Source of the DNA: Vairimorpha necatrix
Lineage: Eukaryota
NCBI GenBank assembly: GCA_036630325.1
Contig: CP142737.1
Coordinates: 186,001-250,000 of the forward strand
Direction: 5' to 3'
Length of the DNA stretch: 64,000 nt
A model generated the notes under the pieces. The model saw only the letters and a list, made by a program, of their open reading frames with translations. It did not search any database and had not been told where the DNA came from. The position numbers were made by a program, and so were the translations under genes. Shown piece after piece: positions 11,106-25,100 of the stretch (position 1 is the stretch's first letter; each line of letters starts with the position of its first letter).

Positions 11106-12301
11106 GGCTCTACTTCATTTTCTTGCCTCCCTAATAAAACATCAATAAAAATATACAAAATCTCGTTATTTTACGAAACTAAACATTTTTTCGATGGGTC
11201 AAGAAAACGAAGTTAAAATATTTTTTGACGACTTGAGAATTTTTTTTTGTTTTTTCAGATTCAACATTAAGGGGTTATAAAAAAATTAATTTTTTAACCC
11301 CTTAATGTTGAATTTGAAGAAGACATCTCGTAAAATGAATATCTATGAAGATGTGTGCCGTAGAAACAATGAAGCAGCAATTTATTTTATGACAATGGTC
11401 ATAAAACGATCGATTGCTTGCAGACATTGTTCGACATTCGAACGAATTGTTCTTATAAACATTGGTGATTGTTTCGGACACACTGACGGTAAAGCTTATC
11501 GTTGCGTTAATATAAAATGTAGATTGAAGAGAGTACTTAAAAATGGTACTAAGTTAAAGGTATAAGCGTTCCATTTCACAAAATCCTCAGAGCATTCTAT
11601 TATTATGTATATATTATATCCCTTACCAAGCAATAGATCTTTGCAAAATATGTGAGAAGTCATGTACCAAAATCAATGATACAGTGATGGAAGTCGTTGC
11701 TTCCAAAGGAGATGATAGCCACCAAATTGGAAGTCCATCTGTTTGTGTAAAATTTGATGAAACTGCCATATGTAACGAGGTCATTGTATCCAATCCTTCT
11801 TTAACTTTAAATTCTATGCCTGGAATTCAATAGATTTTTGGCGGCACTGTAGAAGGTGATTTTAGAGACTTCGTTTTTTAAAGGAACCTAATCGCAAATC
11901 AACTACTAATGAAGATTTTTTTAGACGCGGAGTAAAGATTGGCTCCATGATTATTACTGATGGTTCCCCTTATAACTTCCAGCCTCTAGAAATTTTGAAA
12001 GCGAACATTTTATAGTATATCACTCGCTTGGCTTAATAAACGCGGATGGAGATCACACAAATCATATAAAATTTGTGGTCCCATTTGAAAAACGAATATA
12101 GATCGAGAAGTGGACTTAATCGGTTTATGATTAAATCATTTTTAAAAGAATTTTCATGGAGAAAAGAAATATCAATCATTTTAATATTGATGATCATAAG
12201 CTCTCATGCATTAAAATTATAGAACTTTGTAGGTTGGATTGAATAATAAATTTCTTCTAAATATTTGTTTTCTAAGGAGGGCAAGAAAATTAAGTAGCGC
12301 C
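11106..12301 (+). mobile_element. Merlin (IS1595/ISXO2-like) DNA transposon, decayed
   Basis: Imperfect 27-bp TIRs (GGCTCTACTTCATTTTCTTGCCTCCCT vs revcomp GGCGCTACTTAATTTTCTTGCCCTCCT). N-terminal CxxC zinc-ribbon ORF 11305-11565. Disrupted motifs VKFDETA, IFGGTVEG, IITDG, HTNHI. Confidence 0.8.
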
Positions 12302-14507
12302 AAAAACTCCATATACTATGCGTTTACTTTGTATTAAATATGATGTATCCATTGCAATCGTCAATTTCTCCATCAAACTATGTTAATTTACATACATGTG
12401 GTTTACATCTAGTTTTAAACGTGCCTTAAGATTGAACATTGAGGTTTAATGTTATTTAGTTATGCATTAAGAAAATTTTTATCAGCATTAATCAGTCTTA
12501 TGTTTGCACTCCAATCTGAAATCTTTGGAGCTTAATTAGAGTCAAGAACAAATAGAAAATATAGTCTTGTAAACTCAAACTATACATTCGGCAACAATCT
12601 GACAAAAAATCGTGGCAAAATAGTCAATATGACTAATATAATTCAGTATAGCTAAACTATCAGCACGAGAAGGAATAGTTGGTGTTTTTATAGCAAGCTT
12701 TGACAGTTTTGGAACGATGATGTCTCTTACACATAAATTTAGATTATTGAGGATAAATATAACAATTTTGCATCGTTCTAAAGCTCTTAAATTCATAATG
12801 ATTGACGGAGCAGTTGTTGAAGAAAATTATTTTTATTTTTACAATAGCAAGTTTAATAATGACGTTTAGCAGAATAATTTCATGATCAGATGGATCGAGG
12901 CTTTGAAGATGGTTTAAACACTAGCCAAAGTTTATTTTTATCTTTTGTTTGCGATAAAAACCATCATAGGCCAAAACCGTCTCATATAATGTTAGTTTGT
13001 TTCGGGAATTGTAAAAAGACGAGAAAAATAATTTTCATTTTCTTCGGTCTGACCTATTTATGTTTGTTAATTTTGAAGACAAAAATTGATTTAGATATAA
13101 AAAACGAATTGTAAAATTAAGCACACCGAAACTGGATTCTAGAAACTGAATTTGATCTCGAGTATCGAGAAATTTTTAATTGTATATTTCAATTTAATTG
13201 TAACTATTGCAGTATTAATATGCCTGATCATACTTAAACTTCATAAAACAACGTGTCTTAGAATTATAGCGAAATTAATATCATTTAATTATTCGTCTTT
13301 AAATCAAAAAGTTTCACTTTCTCAATATCAACATTTTCGCATTGTCGGTCCAAACAAACTAAATAGTTTTTGCTTGATAAGATTTTGGATATTATTTCTT
13401 GTATAGAATTAAACATACAAACAAGTCAATTTAAAAGATCCCCAAATATAGTGCAACTATGGGGTTGATAGAATGGGCGATGTGTGTATATGGCCGTTGG
13501 TGGACATTAGCTATCCCCATGTAAACCTAAAACTAATCGAATTCTGTATTAATAAATATATTCATAAATGATTTTCACTACCAAAAACATTTGCATGCTC
13601 CCCATCTGCATTCATAGCTATGAAAATTTGTCGCACCGGCACAGATTTTTATCCCACCTTGTACATAGAGGACAATATAAAACCTTCAATCGATGTCATA
13701 TCGACTTTTGATACGGCTTTGGCATATATAGTTTAACAAAAGGTTTACAGCTCTAAGAATTTACTTTAAAGATTTGTGTTGTCTATATTAAGATCGGGCT
13801 TCAAGCATGGGTAATACTATTATCATTCTGTCATGAACGTTTTAACGAATATCGACAATAAATGTCTTATTCTATTTAAAATTATTGTAAAGTTGTTATA
13901 GACGTAAATATTTAAGGTTTTTTTGATTTGATTAGAGGATTTATTTTGAATTTCTGTTTTTTCTTGTTTTATTGTTAAAAAGTTATCTAATTTTAATTAA
14001 TTTAGGACATATACAACACATCATATAATTTAATGCTCATTAAAATTTTTTATAAATATCATTTTTAATTTATTTTTCATAAATAACAAATTACTACTAA
14101 TAAAAGTTAATCTTAATAAGATAAAATTTTAAAGATTCGTGTAAGTATATGGGCTCTTTTTCGTGATAAATATTTTATTATAATATCGTTTGATTTTTAA
14201 ATAAGGATTATCATTCTGAGATATTATAATCAAAAAATACTAAACTGTAAGCTTTTTTGATATCAAAAATCAGATATGGGGCGATTTGTTCTTTTAATTA
14301 GATAATTTTTCTACTTACATAAACTTATAGAATATGCGGTATAAATTGAAATTTAATTATAAATAAACATTTATATAGTATTCTTACCCAATGATTTTAA
14401 TTAAAACATATATTATTGTCATATATAAATTTTATCATCCTATTAAATTTTATAAAAATTTATTGCTTTGGCTATAAATTACATTTGAAAATTTGATAAC
14501 CCTATAA

Positions 14508-14978
14508 ATGATCTTCCTATTTTTACATATTGTATTTTCCAGTAGACAAATTAAAAATGAAGAAATAGACAAAATTTTAGTTTTAACACGTAGCGGAAAG
14601 GCTCATATGATAAACATGAAGAATAATTCTCCACTAAATAACAAAGATTTTTATATGCCAAATCATCTGTGCATTTCTGAAGAAACAAAAAAATCTAACG
14701 AATTAAATCCATTGCTAAAACAGCCCAAGACACTAATACTAACAAACAAGAAAACTTATCGTTCACTATTGCTAATAGTTTGTCTGTTTATAATTTTAAT
14801 TGCGTCAATTGCTAGTATAGTAGGAATAATATATTGTTTCAGGGACAATATCATATATTATGTCAAAAAATGTCATAAAATTATTCTTCTATTGTATAAG
14901 CTCTTTTTAGACTCTGAAATAAGCAATAGGGCGCCTTCATCAGTGACCGAAACTATCATTAGTGATGTTGAAACTTGA
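14508..14978 (+). CDS. Hypothetical membrane protein (short signal peptide plus one TM helix)
   Basis: ACCCTATAA precedes the ATG. MIFLFLHIVFS signal-like N-terminus, hydrophobic LLLIVCLFIILIASIASIVGIIYCF, and AATAAA at the stop. Confidence 0.7.
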   Translation: MIFLFLHIVFSSRQIKNEEIDKILVLTRSGKAHMINMKNNSPLNNKDFYMPNHLCISEETKKSNELNPLLKQPKTLILTNKKTYRSLLLIVCLFIILIASIASIVGIIYCFRDNIIYYVKKCHKIILLLYKLFLDSEISNRAPSSVTETIISDVET

Positions 14979-15757
14979 AATAAATGTTTTTTGACTAAAA
15001 ATACCACATAATCAACAAATATACCGTTTATTGAGCTAAACAATGTAAATATATTTTTTATTGGGTTATACATGCTTTAGATGGTTTCCGTTCATAATGC
15101 GACACTTTGAATGCTTTAATAATTTTTTTTTGAAAAAAAAACCATTTTGTTGCGCTTGTAAAACATAGCCAAATTATTGTTGCATGTTACTTATTTTCAA
15201 TCAAAGGGCGTGTTATTATTCTTTTTGCACATTATAAAAGCAAACAATAGACTATATTTATACACAAAGCAAAAGTTTGTGTAATAATATCATGATAAAA
15301 TAACTCGTGAAATAATAACTTGTTGGATTTGAAATACAGCCTTGATATTTATAAGCCTGAGATTCATTCCACTTTGTATTTATACAAATCTATGTAAAAT
15401 CTTAGAACTTTGCTGTTGTTCGTTCTATTAAATGAGTAAAAAATATAAATCTCTGAAAATATGTTAAAATAATACATAAAAAAGTATTTATATTGCTTTA
15501 AGAATCTTAGATATGCATGTTAGAAAGCAGTTTAAAATTAAATACAAAAGAAATATATTACATTACATTCCACGTAAATTTTTTACAACATCTTCCATGA
15601 TAGCGTCGACGAAATGTCATGACTTGGTCTTTAAAAAAAAGCGGTACAAATAAACTATCAATGACGTCATATTGAGCAAAATGTAAAAATGTAGATAATG
15701 AATTATTTAGTATCATAAAAAATCCAAATACGTAATTTAGATGCCTATATAACATCT

Positions 15758-15977
15758 TGTCAGGGGAAAGATCTTTGATGGCTCTAAGATTGCCGGAGAT
15801 CGTAGAATACTATTATATAAGTATTTTCTCCTTCTATCCATAATGTTTTAGGAGGGAAAATGTACAAGATTTTCCATCGACAAACATGAATGAAACTCAT
15901 GCCCAGAAGGGTATGAAGGATATTTAAAATTAAGTTTAAAACATGCTTTCAGGACTGACGGGAACAATCAGTCCATA
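15758..15977 (+). mobile_element. Solo LTR related to the element 1 LTR
   Basis: Colinear with the reverse complement of 8483-8709 (CTAAGATTGCC, GGAGGGAAAATGTA, CCCAGAAGGGTATGAAG, AGTTTAAAACAT, GGACTGA..TCAGTCCA). Flanked by TSD CATCT (15753-15757, 15978-15982). Confidence 0.88.
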
Positions 15978-17392
15978 CATCTAATATGAATATTTATATA
16001 TAACAGTTTTGCAAGGTATTTACTTGTTGGGGACTGCGATTAACTGAGAATAGAAAAATAACACCGCAAGCACATGGCAGATGCACATATTGTGCTTACT
16101 GCTAGAAAAACTGATGTAACAAAAAACACTTATGCTTGATTGTTTTTAAATGTAAAAGTTAAAGACCTTGAAGAACGTAATGCCTAACGAATGTGTTCAA
16201 AAAAAAAACAGTACATATTAAAAATTTAAAAAATTTAACAACACTTACCAAAATTAGCAGATACTAAAATTAAATTTTTATAACAACTACAAATTCCTAC
16301 TAAACGTTTGGTCAAGCAAAGAATGGTTGGTCGAAAATGCTATATAATATATTTTAATTAAAGGTTTTATCCAGAAAACCCGCGTTTCTTGTGTGTTAAT
16401 ACTATCTAAAAATTTTAATTATAGTCATCTATTAAAAATCTTTCTAACATGATACTTCTTTTTTTCAACCTTTGTTTGCCACATTTTATGATGTTCTAGT
16501 ATAATTTATCGAGGCATAAATCTTTTGCGTAAAAACCTGTACATAAAAATATATTATACAAAGTTTCGATTTTTTATAAATATCATATATCATATGCTGA
16601 TAATCCCCCAAATGGCGATAATAAATACTTAGTGGTTTTTTTTATAAATACGTATATTTTCATAGTTTAAATATGAAATTATTTTTTTTCAGGTTCTTCT
16701 ATAAATCAAATTTTACTATAATATAAAATTAAATCATCTTCTATATAAGCTTTTAATAATACACTCGTAGTTTCTTTTAGTTAAACCCCCAAACTTTCAT
16801 TACGCTTTGCGTTTTCTTAGTAGAGTTAAACATGGCATTTCATTTATTCTTAATTAGGATCTTTAGATAACGACTTAAGTATTGATGTTAGCATGTTCCC
16901 TTTAATTAGTAGTAGACAAAAAGCATTTAATAAATCTACAAATATTTTACTAATTTTTAAACAATCAATATTGTAAAATCGTTCTTATTTAAATTTAAAG
17001 AATAAATTACATTCGATTTTAAAAAAAATTAATAAAAAATCTCATAAGAAACAAAGAGAAACAATTTTGCATTTTTAGTATAAAGCCTAATATTTTTTTA
17101 TATTTTGAATTCAAGATTAAAAACACATTGCTAATTTAAACGAAATACATTAGACAATCGAGACCACCGCTGTACAGTCCCAAGTGCACAAAATATTTAA
17201 CAGACCGAACTAAGACAGCTCAGATAACGTAAAATATCTATAGAGTACATCGGAGAAGCTGATATGGAAATTATAAAAAACATTATGCGACTAAAATATA
17301 TATTAAAATATCTATAATATATGCGATTAATAGATTATATTTTTTTGTACTAGAATCATCGATAACGCAATACACAAATAATTGATGTTTTT

Positions 17393-18527
17393 TGCGCTAC
17401 TAAGAAAATCGCCCCCCTCCTTCAAAGAAAATCAAAAAAAAATTTCTTTCTTTATCTTCAAAAGACCTCTTGATTTTTTACTTTTTTGTATATTTTTTTT
17501 GATACGCTTTAAAGGAGGGGAGGCGATTTTCCAAGTCATGTTCTTTCCCCCTTTTCTTACCTTTCATGCTAGCAAGATTTTTGGAAAAGGCAGGAGAACT
17601 TGATCCTTGATCTCCTATGTTTCAAGATAATATTCACGCAATTGAACTTTTAGAAGAATTAGATGTAATAAAGCCTACTATTCTATGTGTTTTGAAGTCA
17701 TGCCTAGGAAACATGTATATTGCTAGAGTTTTTTCCTTTATTGATGAGAAAGGGTGCAGATGTGCAGTAAAAAAATGCAAAAAAAATGTATTTTAAAAAA
17801 GCACGAAAATTTATTAAACACCCTCGAATTAAAAAAGATTCAAGGGATTTATATTGTTAGATCTTTTCTTACTCAAATACAAGCTATTAATTTTTGCAAA
17901 ATAGCCGAGTCAACATACATTGCAATCAAAAATATATAAATGGATCTTATAAGCGAAACTTCTTGGAAATAGAAATTATAGGGTACAAGTCGATGAAACT
18001 TCCATTATCAATGGCTTGGTGATTGATATTTCACCGTCTTCTCACAACGATACTCTTAATATATCATGTATACTTGGAGGAGCCGTAGAAGGCGATGGAA
18101 CGAATTTTTATGTTACATTAATTTTTAACAGAAAACATGAAACTTTAGTTGAAGAATTTAAAAATATTTACTCCTGTAACTATTATTGTTACTAATGGAT
18201 ATCCAGATACCCTAAAGCCGTGGCTAATCTTTATCTTCGCATGAGATAGTATACCATGGCAAAGGATTAGTAAACAACGAGGATGGACTTACAAATCAGA
18301 TTTAAATTTTTTTTTTTCGCAATTGAATAAGATTATAAATAAAGATTTGAGTTAAATCATGATTGTTATCGCTATTTTTTGAAAATAATTATCTTGGCGC
18401 AAGAGACATTGTCAATATAACCAAAATTTTTAATTCCTTATGTCTTTGCTTTACTTTTAGAAAAAGTTCAGTTATTTGAAAAATAATAAAAAAAAATTTT
18501 TAATAGAGGCGATGTTACCAGTAGGGT
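17393..18527 (+). mobile_element. Merlin DNA transposon relic
   Basis: Left end GCGCTACTAAGAAAATCGCC resembles the 11106 element TIR, with a degenerate right end near 18505-18527. Fragments VQVDETSIING, ILGGAVEGD, IVTNGYP, TNQI. Confidence 0.7.
17404..17531. repeat. ~40-bp-arm inverted repeat (foldback) at the Merlin left end
   Basis: GAAAATCGCCCCCCTCCTTCAAAGAAAATCAAAAAAAAAT pairs with 17492-17531 (revcomp GAAAATCGCCTCCCCTCCTTTAAAGCGTATCAAAAAAAAAT). Confidence 0.85.
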
Positions 18528-19299
18528 AATCTTTTTTAAATGATATAACTTATAAGAAACTATTATATAAGAGTAAAGAATGTTAAGCAATTAAATTATA
18601 ATAACTTTAAGTGTTATATTTTGCGAATTTATTAAAAAAACTTTATTAAGACCACTTCTCTTATGCCGTTATACCAACGTTAGTTACAATATTCAATATG
18701 TTGTGCACATTTATATTGATTTCTCGCCAATATTGTTAAAGATTAATGAGAAAGATACATATTGAAATGGAAATGAGAAATTGGGTTTAGATTGTAAGCG
18801 TGTAAATATGATGCATACAGCATTCTTACAGTTTTGTATTAATTTTTTCATTTTTTTTTTGTTATAATTGAAACTGGACCAGTTAAGCTCTGTATGATAT
18901 TTGAGTCTAGATTTGACATTAAAATAAAAGGTAAATATTTTTTTCAATGACATTATCACCTGTTAATTTGTTTTTGTTCGGATTTCAAGATATTCTTTTA
19001 AAGTTATATAATGAGATCGACTGGCTATAGCTTTTACTTAGTGAAATTGACAAAAAAATAATTAGAAATAAACTTGGAAAGAGAAGGTTGATAGTTTAGT
19101 TTTAATTTGTTACGTCATAGTGATTTAAAATATTTTACAATATCAAAAAACACAGCACTTCTTCACTATATTTTTCATATTGCACATTATCATTTCATTC
19201 ATTATACGGAATAATTTTTCTGTGTTATATGCATGATACACAACGCCAAAGATAAATTATGAAAAATCCTAAGAATCATAAATATTTATTTAAATATCA

Positions 19300-20094
19300 T
19301 TAAAATATTTGACCTACCCAATTAGTTGAATTGTCCTGTATACAAATAATATTTTCGCCTCTTCTTATATTCATACTATTAGTTGATAAATTATGAGAAA
19401 TAAGATCCCCTCCATAATTTTCTGATTTATAGATTTGTTTCATTTTTGATTTTTTTGTGACAATTTTTCGTAATCTGTCATCGACTTCACTCAACAATTT
19501 ACTATCAAAAATTGTTAAATATTCCCATGAACATCCCTTTTCTAATGAAATTTTAATATTTTCGTCAATCAAAGATCTAAGACCATTTAAATCTTGTTTA
19601 GTAAATTTATAAAATTTTGCATCATTAATTTTGTAAATTAAATTATACGAATTATATGCTAAAACTTCTAAGTATAAAGCAGAGTTGATAATATTATGCA
19701 AGAAGGGTTCGTTATTGGCAAACCGTAATACATATTTAAAAAATTTATCGAAATTGAATATTCTTTTTTGTCTACGTTCATATTTAGATTTTGGTATCTT
19801 CCTCATTATATAAATAATTTCATCTTTTTCTTTTAATAGTCTAAATATAAACCGTGATATATTTAAAATATCATTATGTATATAAAAACACTGACTGTTC
19901 ATTTTATAATCGACTTTTTCTAGTAACTTACACTTTTGTTCTTTGTCTTTTGTATTAATTGCATCAAATAACATATTAAAAAGGTATATTTTTTTATCGG
20001 CACTCATATTTTCTAAAGCATCTTTTTTATTTGAAAAGCTCGACTCTACCGTGTTGCCAATTGAGAATACGTTAACTATGATGATTAACCACAT
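19300..20094 (-). CDS. Hypothetical secreted protein
   Basis: Long ORF in very AT-rich DNA. ATG 20094 follows GCCCTAAAA and gives a signal-like MWLIIIVNVFSIG. Confidence 0.7.
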   Translation of the reverse strand: MWLIIIVNVFSIGNTVESSFSNKKDALENMSADKKIYLFNMLFDAINTKDKEQKCKLLEKVDYKMNSQCFYIHNDILNISRFIFRLLKEKDEIIYIMRKIPKSKYERRQKRIFNFDKFFKYVLRFANNEPFLHNIINSALYLEVLAYNSYNLIYKINDAKFYKFTKQDLNGLRSLIDENIKISLEKGCSWEYLTIFDSKLLSEVDDRLRKIVTKKSKMKQIYKSENYGGDLISHNLSTNSMNIRRGENIICIQDNSTNWVGQIF

Positions 20095-22142
20095 TTTTAG
20101 GGCGAAAATAGAAATTATTAAATAATAAAATATTATTAACGACAATATATATTAAATTGCGAAAGATGTTATATACACTAAAATCAAGATTTTATCGTTG
20201 TTGCCTAAATTTTTATAAACACGTCACATTGCGCAATATTTTTTTGATTTTTTTAGAAAGTATTGCAGAACAAAGATATGTTTATAATATGTTCTAAAAT
20301 TTTTATTTAATGACGTCTTTTCTGTAAATACATATTAAAGAATGTATTTTTTGTATAATGATAATAGAGATATACGACTTTATAATCTTTAAATTCACAT
20401 ATTAATTAAATAATATAATAAATCACCGAAAAATGACATTTATTATATTTACAATGATTAATTCAACAAATAAGTTTTTATAACATATATAATTGTCGTG
20501 TATAGTTAATAAAGTGTCAATTAATTACTATCCATACTGAATATTTAGTTTTACATTTATTATATACGAAAATATCAAAAAATTATGTTTTTACTTTAAA
20601 TGGTTTATTAATGGTACTTTTCAGATAGAACAGCATCTAAGATGCGCCTATTATATTTTAAATCAATTGTTTTAAAGTTAAAATCAATATTATTTTGATG
20701 TATTTTCATTCTTGAATTAACTTTCCATTCCTCAATTCATAATTTGCGCCTTTTATCAGCGTTAAAGAAACACGAAATAACTCTATAGGAGCTATATTTA
20801 AAATACAGTCTACTATTTTATACAGTTTGGCTACTAGTAGCATCCATAGATCTGGGCTTAGTGAGGTCGTAGTTAGAATATTCAATGGAATTAAAATAAC
20901 ATAGAAGAATAGTCCCCACACCGTAGCTAAAAACTTAAACATTCATTTGACATTGCCATGCAGGTCTTCGAGGTTACTAGTTAACTAGAGCCCGAATAAT
21001 GCCTTACCAAGGCTTTCACAGCTATGGGCGTTTGTCGTTTCGATCTATAATTGTCATGCCTTCTTACGACAGTATTATAATTCACAATTCTTTTAGACTT
21101 ATAAAACTTATGATACGACATTGACAAATATAATGGGGCAATTCTGTTAATACCTTATAAATTGTAGCCATCAGAATAAATGCCATACAAAACAGAAAAT
21201 TGCGCATTAGATTCCGCTCCATGAACTCTACCTTTATTCTATAATCTATGTTTCGGTATATTTAAATTTCGAAAACATCCATAATTTTTAGCAGATGGCT
21301 CATCTACTTTTCTAACTATTTTAATTATTACTATACCCAATTTTTAATTCATATAATACGAAACCTTACCCTTAATGAACATTTTAAGATAAATTATCGA
21401 TTGCTTAAAACAAAACAATGCAGAAAGATACTATAATGGGATGTAAATAAATGTCTTTATATAGAAAACTCCCAAATATTGCTGTGCTTATATTAAGCTA
21501 ACAACTTCCACAACATAATATAAACATAAATATTTTTTATTTATGATTTATGAGCTATCTATAATTTTTTCTGTTCTAAGTGTATATTTATAAACTTAGA
21601 TTCAAAAAAGTATGATAGCTTGATGCAGATTGGCCTTTAGTTACCCGATTTATATAAAAATTATACATAAACAAAACAGATGAGACATTATATATTTTTT
21701 GGCACGGAATACTCGAGCTATTGCACATCTTAGCCTTTCTATTCAATGTTTTTTATTTTTTGTAACTTTGAGTTAGTATAAACCATGCTTTGAATCCACA
21801 AGTTTCGAAGATCGTCCTCAAATTCCTAACTGTAAGATTCTTTCTCTACAGTATTTGCTACATCGAAATCTCTGTTAAAGGCTTTGTGCGCCATAAATTT
21901 TGGCTACAGCAGAATTCGTTATAGTTTGTAACATATAGCTTCCAGGCATTTCAACAACAAATATAACTATAGAGCATGCGAATATTTTGTAGGGCAGAGG
22001 TGGGCAAATACTTTAAAGCTGTGGGCCAAAATGAATTTTTTAAAATGTCTCCCGGGCCGGAGGACTATTTCGGCTTTGCTTTACACAAGCGGAAATTTTG
22101 GATGAAGTTTTTTCCCTGCCCATTTTTAACAAAAATATTAAG

Positions 22143-25100
22143 TGTATTTATTTATCATAATTGGGGATCAAAAATATAAGAATATATAACATCCCCCCTC
22201 CAAGACGGTTAGTCTCCTACATCACCATTAACCCCAAGCAGATTTTTCAAGTCATAATGTCTCTTTTTAACATATCGCCCATTAGATAGCTTCACAACAT
22301 ACGAGTCCCCAGGGCATATCACCATTATAATACCTTCGTCTAAAAACCTTTCCTTTTCATATTTATTACATCCTTTGATGTTTTCTTTCTTAGCTATCCT
22401 TACTCGTTGTTACTCAATAAACCGCTCTCTTTTTCTTCTAACAAATCTTTTACTGTAGTCTCCTTCTGGTCCATTTAATATCATCACCTTCCCCGTATTG
22501 TCTTTTACCGCTTCATTATGAGTACTTCTTATACCTTCATGGTAACTATTATTATAAATTTTAAAGCTTTCCATCACTATGTCTTCAAAACTCGCCGTCT
22601 CTTTACTCATTTTCAATATTAGTTCTCTAAGCGTTCCTATAACTCTTTCAACTCTACCATTGCTTCTATGAGACTCGACACTTACCTTATTATGGGTAAT
22701 ATCCAATTTTCTACACAAATCCTTAAAGTCAACATTATCAAATTCCTTCCCATATCCGTTATTATTTCCTTCGGCCTCCTGCCATTTCTACATAAGTTCT
22801 CAATAAACTGGGCCACAGAGGATCTCTTCTTATCGTATAATACACATCCCCACGCTATCCTCGTATGGTAATCTATCGCAACTAATACATATTTGCCCTC
22901 ATCTCTAAAATCAATTAAATCTAACGCTACTTTTTCTAAATACCTGCTTGTAGCAACAAAATCACATCCTCCAGACTTTTTCCTATTGTAAATTTGACAC
23001 TCCTCGCATATTTTTATCATTTTCACTATATCTTCTTTTATTCCTGGCCAATAATAATAAAACTTCATGGCATAATACATGCTTCCTAGTCCTCTGTTTC
23101 CATGCTCTTCATGATAACGAATCATAAGCTCATCTCTTTCTTTTATTTTAGGAATCAATGCTTTCCTCCCCGAATCAAAATTCCAGTATTCTTTACCGTC
23201 TATTGTCTCGACGTGCTTCAACCATTTACCTTCAATTTGACGCTCACTTCTTTTTTTTATCATTTCTTTTCTTGGATCAACCTCCATGTGTATCCTACTC
23301 AAAGCATCCGCCACGACCATATGTTCTGGTTTCCTGTAATCTATTTCAAAGTCAAATTCTTGGATCTTTTCAATCCATCGATTAATTCTATTATTATTAA
23401 AACACGGCTTTCTTCTTATTTCCGCCAATGCTTTGTGATCCGTTTCTACTTAAATTTTCGTCCTCTTAACTCATACTCAAATTTCTTTATTCCCCAATAT
23501 ATGGCATACATTTCCTTTTCACTTATACCATATCTAGTTTCTGTCGGGGTGAATTTCTTCAATGCCCATTGTACTGCCATCCACTCTTCTTTATCATTCT
23601 TCTGCATGAGTACTACGCCCATTCCTATATTGCTCGCGTCAGTTCTTAATAAAAATCCCTTGTCATAGTTTACAATTTTCAATTTACTTATACTTCTCAA
23701 CGCTTCCTTCAAATTTTCGAACTCTTTATTAAGGTCATCAGTCCAATTCAGCACTTTACTTTTACCTTTCAAGCTTTCAGTCATATATAATGTCTTCTAC
23801 GCATAATTCTTAATAAATCCTCGAAACCATCCACTCAGTCCTAAAAATCTTCTTATGTCAGACACATTCTGCGGCGTTGGAAACTCTAGTGCTTCGTTTT
23901 TCTTGATTTCAGACGGCATCATATCATCTCCGTTTATATAACTCCCAATAACTTTACTTCCTTTTGGCAATACTGAATTTTCTTTGAATTTATCCGCATA
24001 ATATTCCGTTCTAACAATTTCATCGCTTCTACAAATAATTTATCATGTTCTTTTCTAGTCTTCGCATGAATCACTATATCATCCATGTATACTTCTATTT
24101 TACCACCCAAATGTTTTTCATAAATCTTATTCATAATTCTCTGCATGATCTGAGGCGAGTTTTTAAACTCCATGACCATACTATTCCACTCATATACTAT
24201 CTTATCATATTCAAATGCAGTCTTATGCTTGTCTTGCTCTTCTATTTCAATTCCAATAAAAGCCTCCTTAAGGTCTATAACACTGAAAAATTTCGATCCT
24301 TGCGTGTTCCAAATGATATCCCTAATGTTCACTAATTCATAAGGGTCTTTCTCCACTAAATCATTTAATGCCATGAGATTGCTAACCAGTCTTATACTTC
24401 CATCTGGCTTAACTGAAGCTTTAATCGGATTTCTCCATTCCGACGTCGATCTTCTTATGACATTCCTTGTCTCTAACCTCTGAATATATTTTCTCAGCTC
24501 TTCTTTATGCGCTTGTGGCACCTGCTGACCTTTCCTTACAACTTTCTTACCTTCTTCAGTTCTGATTCTGCATTTTTCAATTTTACAATATCTTATTTTC
24601 TCTTCTTCGTTGTCTATAACGTTCCTAAACCTCTTTCTCATGTCTTCTAATGTTAGACCGTTCTTTTCTACCTCATCATAACATCTTTTATTTCATGTCT
24701 TCCATTCTTGTTTCTTTTGTCTTTTAGCATCCCATGTGTTCCTATAAGTCCTTTCGCCACAGCTACTGCTACCTTCTTCTTTAATACTCTCACATTCATC
24801 TTTATTCTTAACATTCTTATATCTATAATAACACATCTGACTCTTATGTCCCATTCTTGAACAATTATAACATCTCATTGTTCTTCTCTTCTCAAATATT
24901 CTTTCCTCTCTACTAATATTTCTAATCTCCTCTGCCACCATCTTTGTGACCTCCTCAATCATCCGTAATCTCATATCCTTTTCCTCCTGTACTTTAACCA
25001 ATTCCTCTAATTTGGTTTCCAAAACTTTCCAATGATCTCCAATCTTAATATTCTTAACCATAAATTCTTTCAACTCATCAGTTCCAAGATCATAAATCTC

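Noticed and set aside
16060-16400. Cys-rich fragment (GRCTYC..C..H..C) and a GTGTG-TTAA end hinting at a piggyBac relic
   Set aside because: No matching opposite TIR or catalytic motifs found by eye; needs an HMM search.
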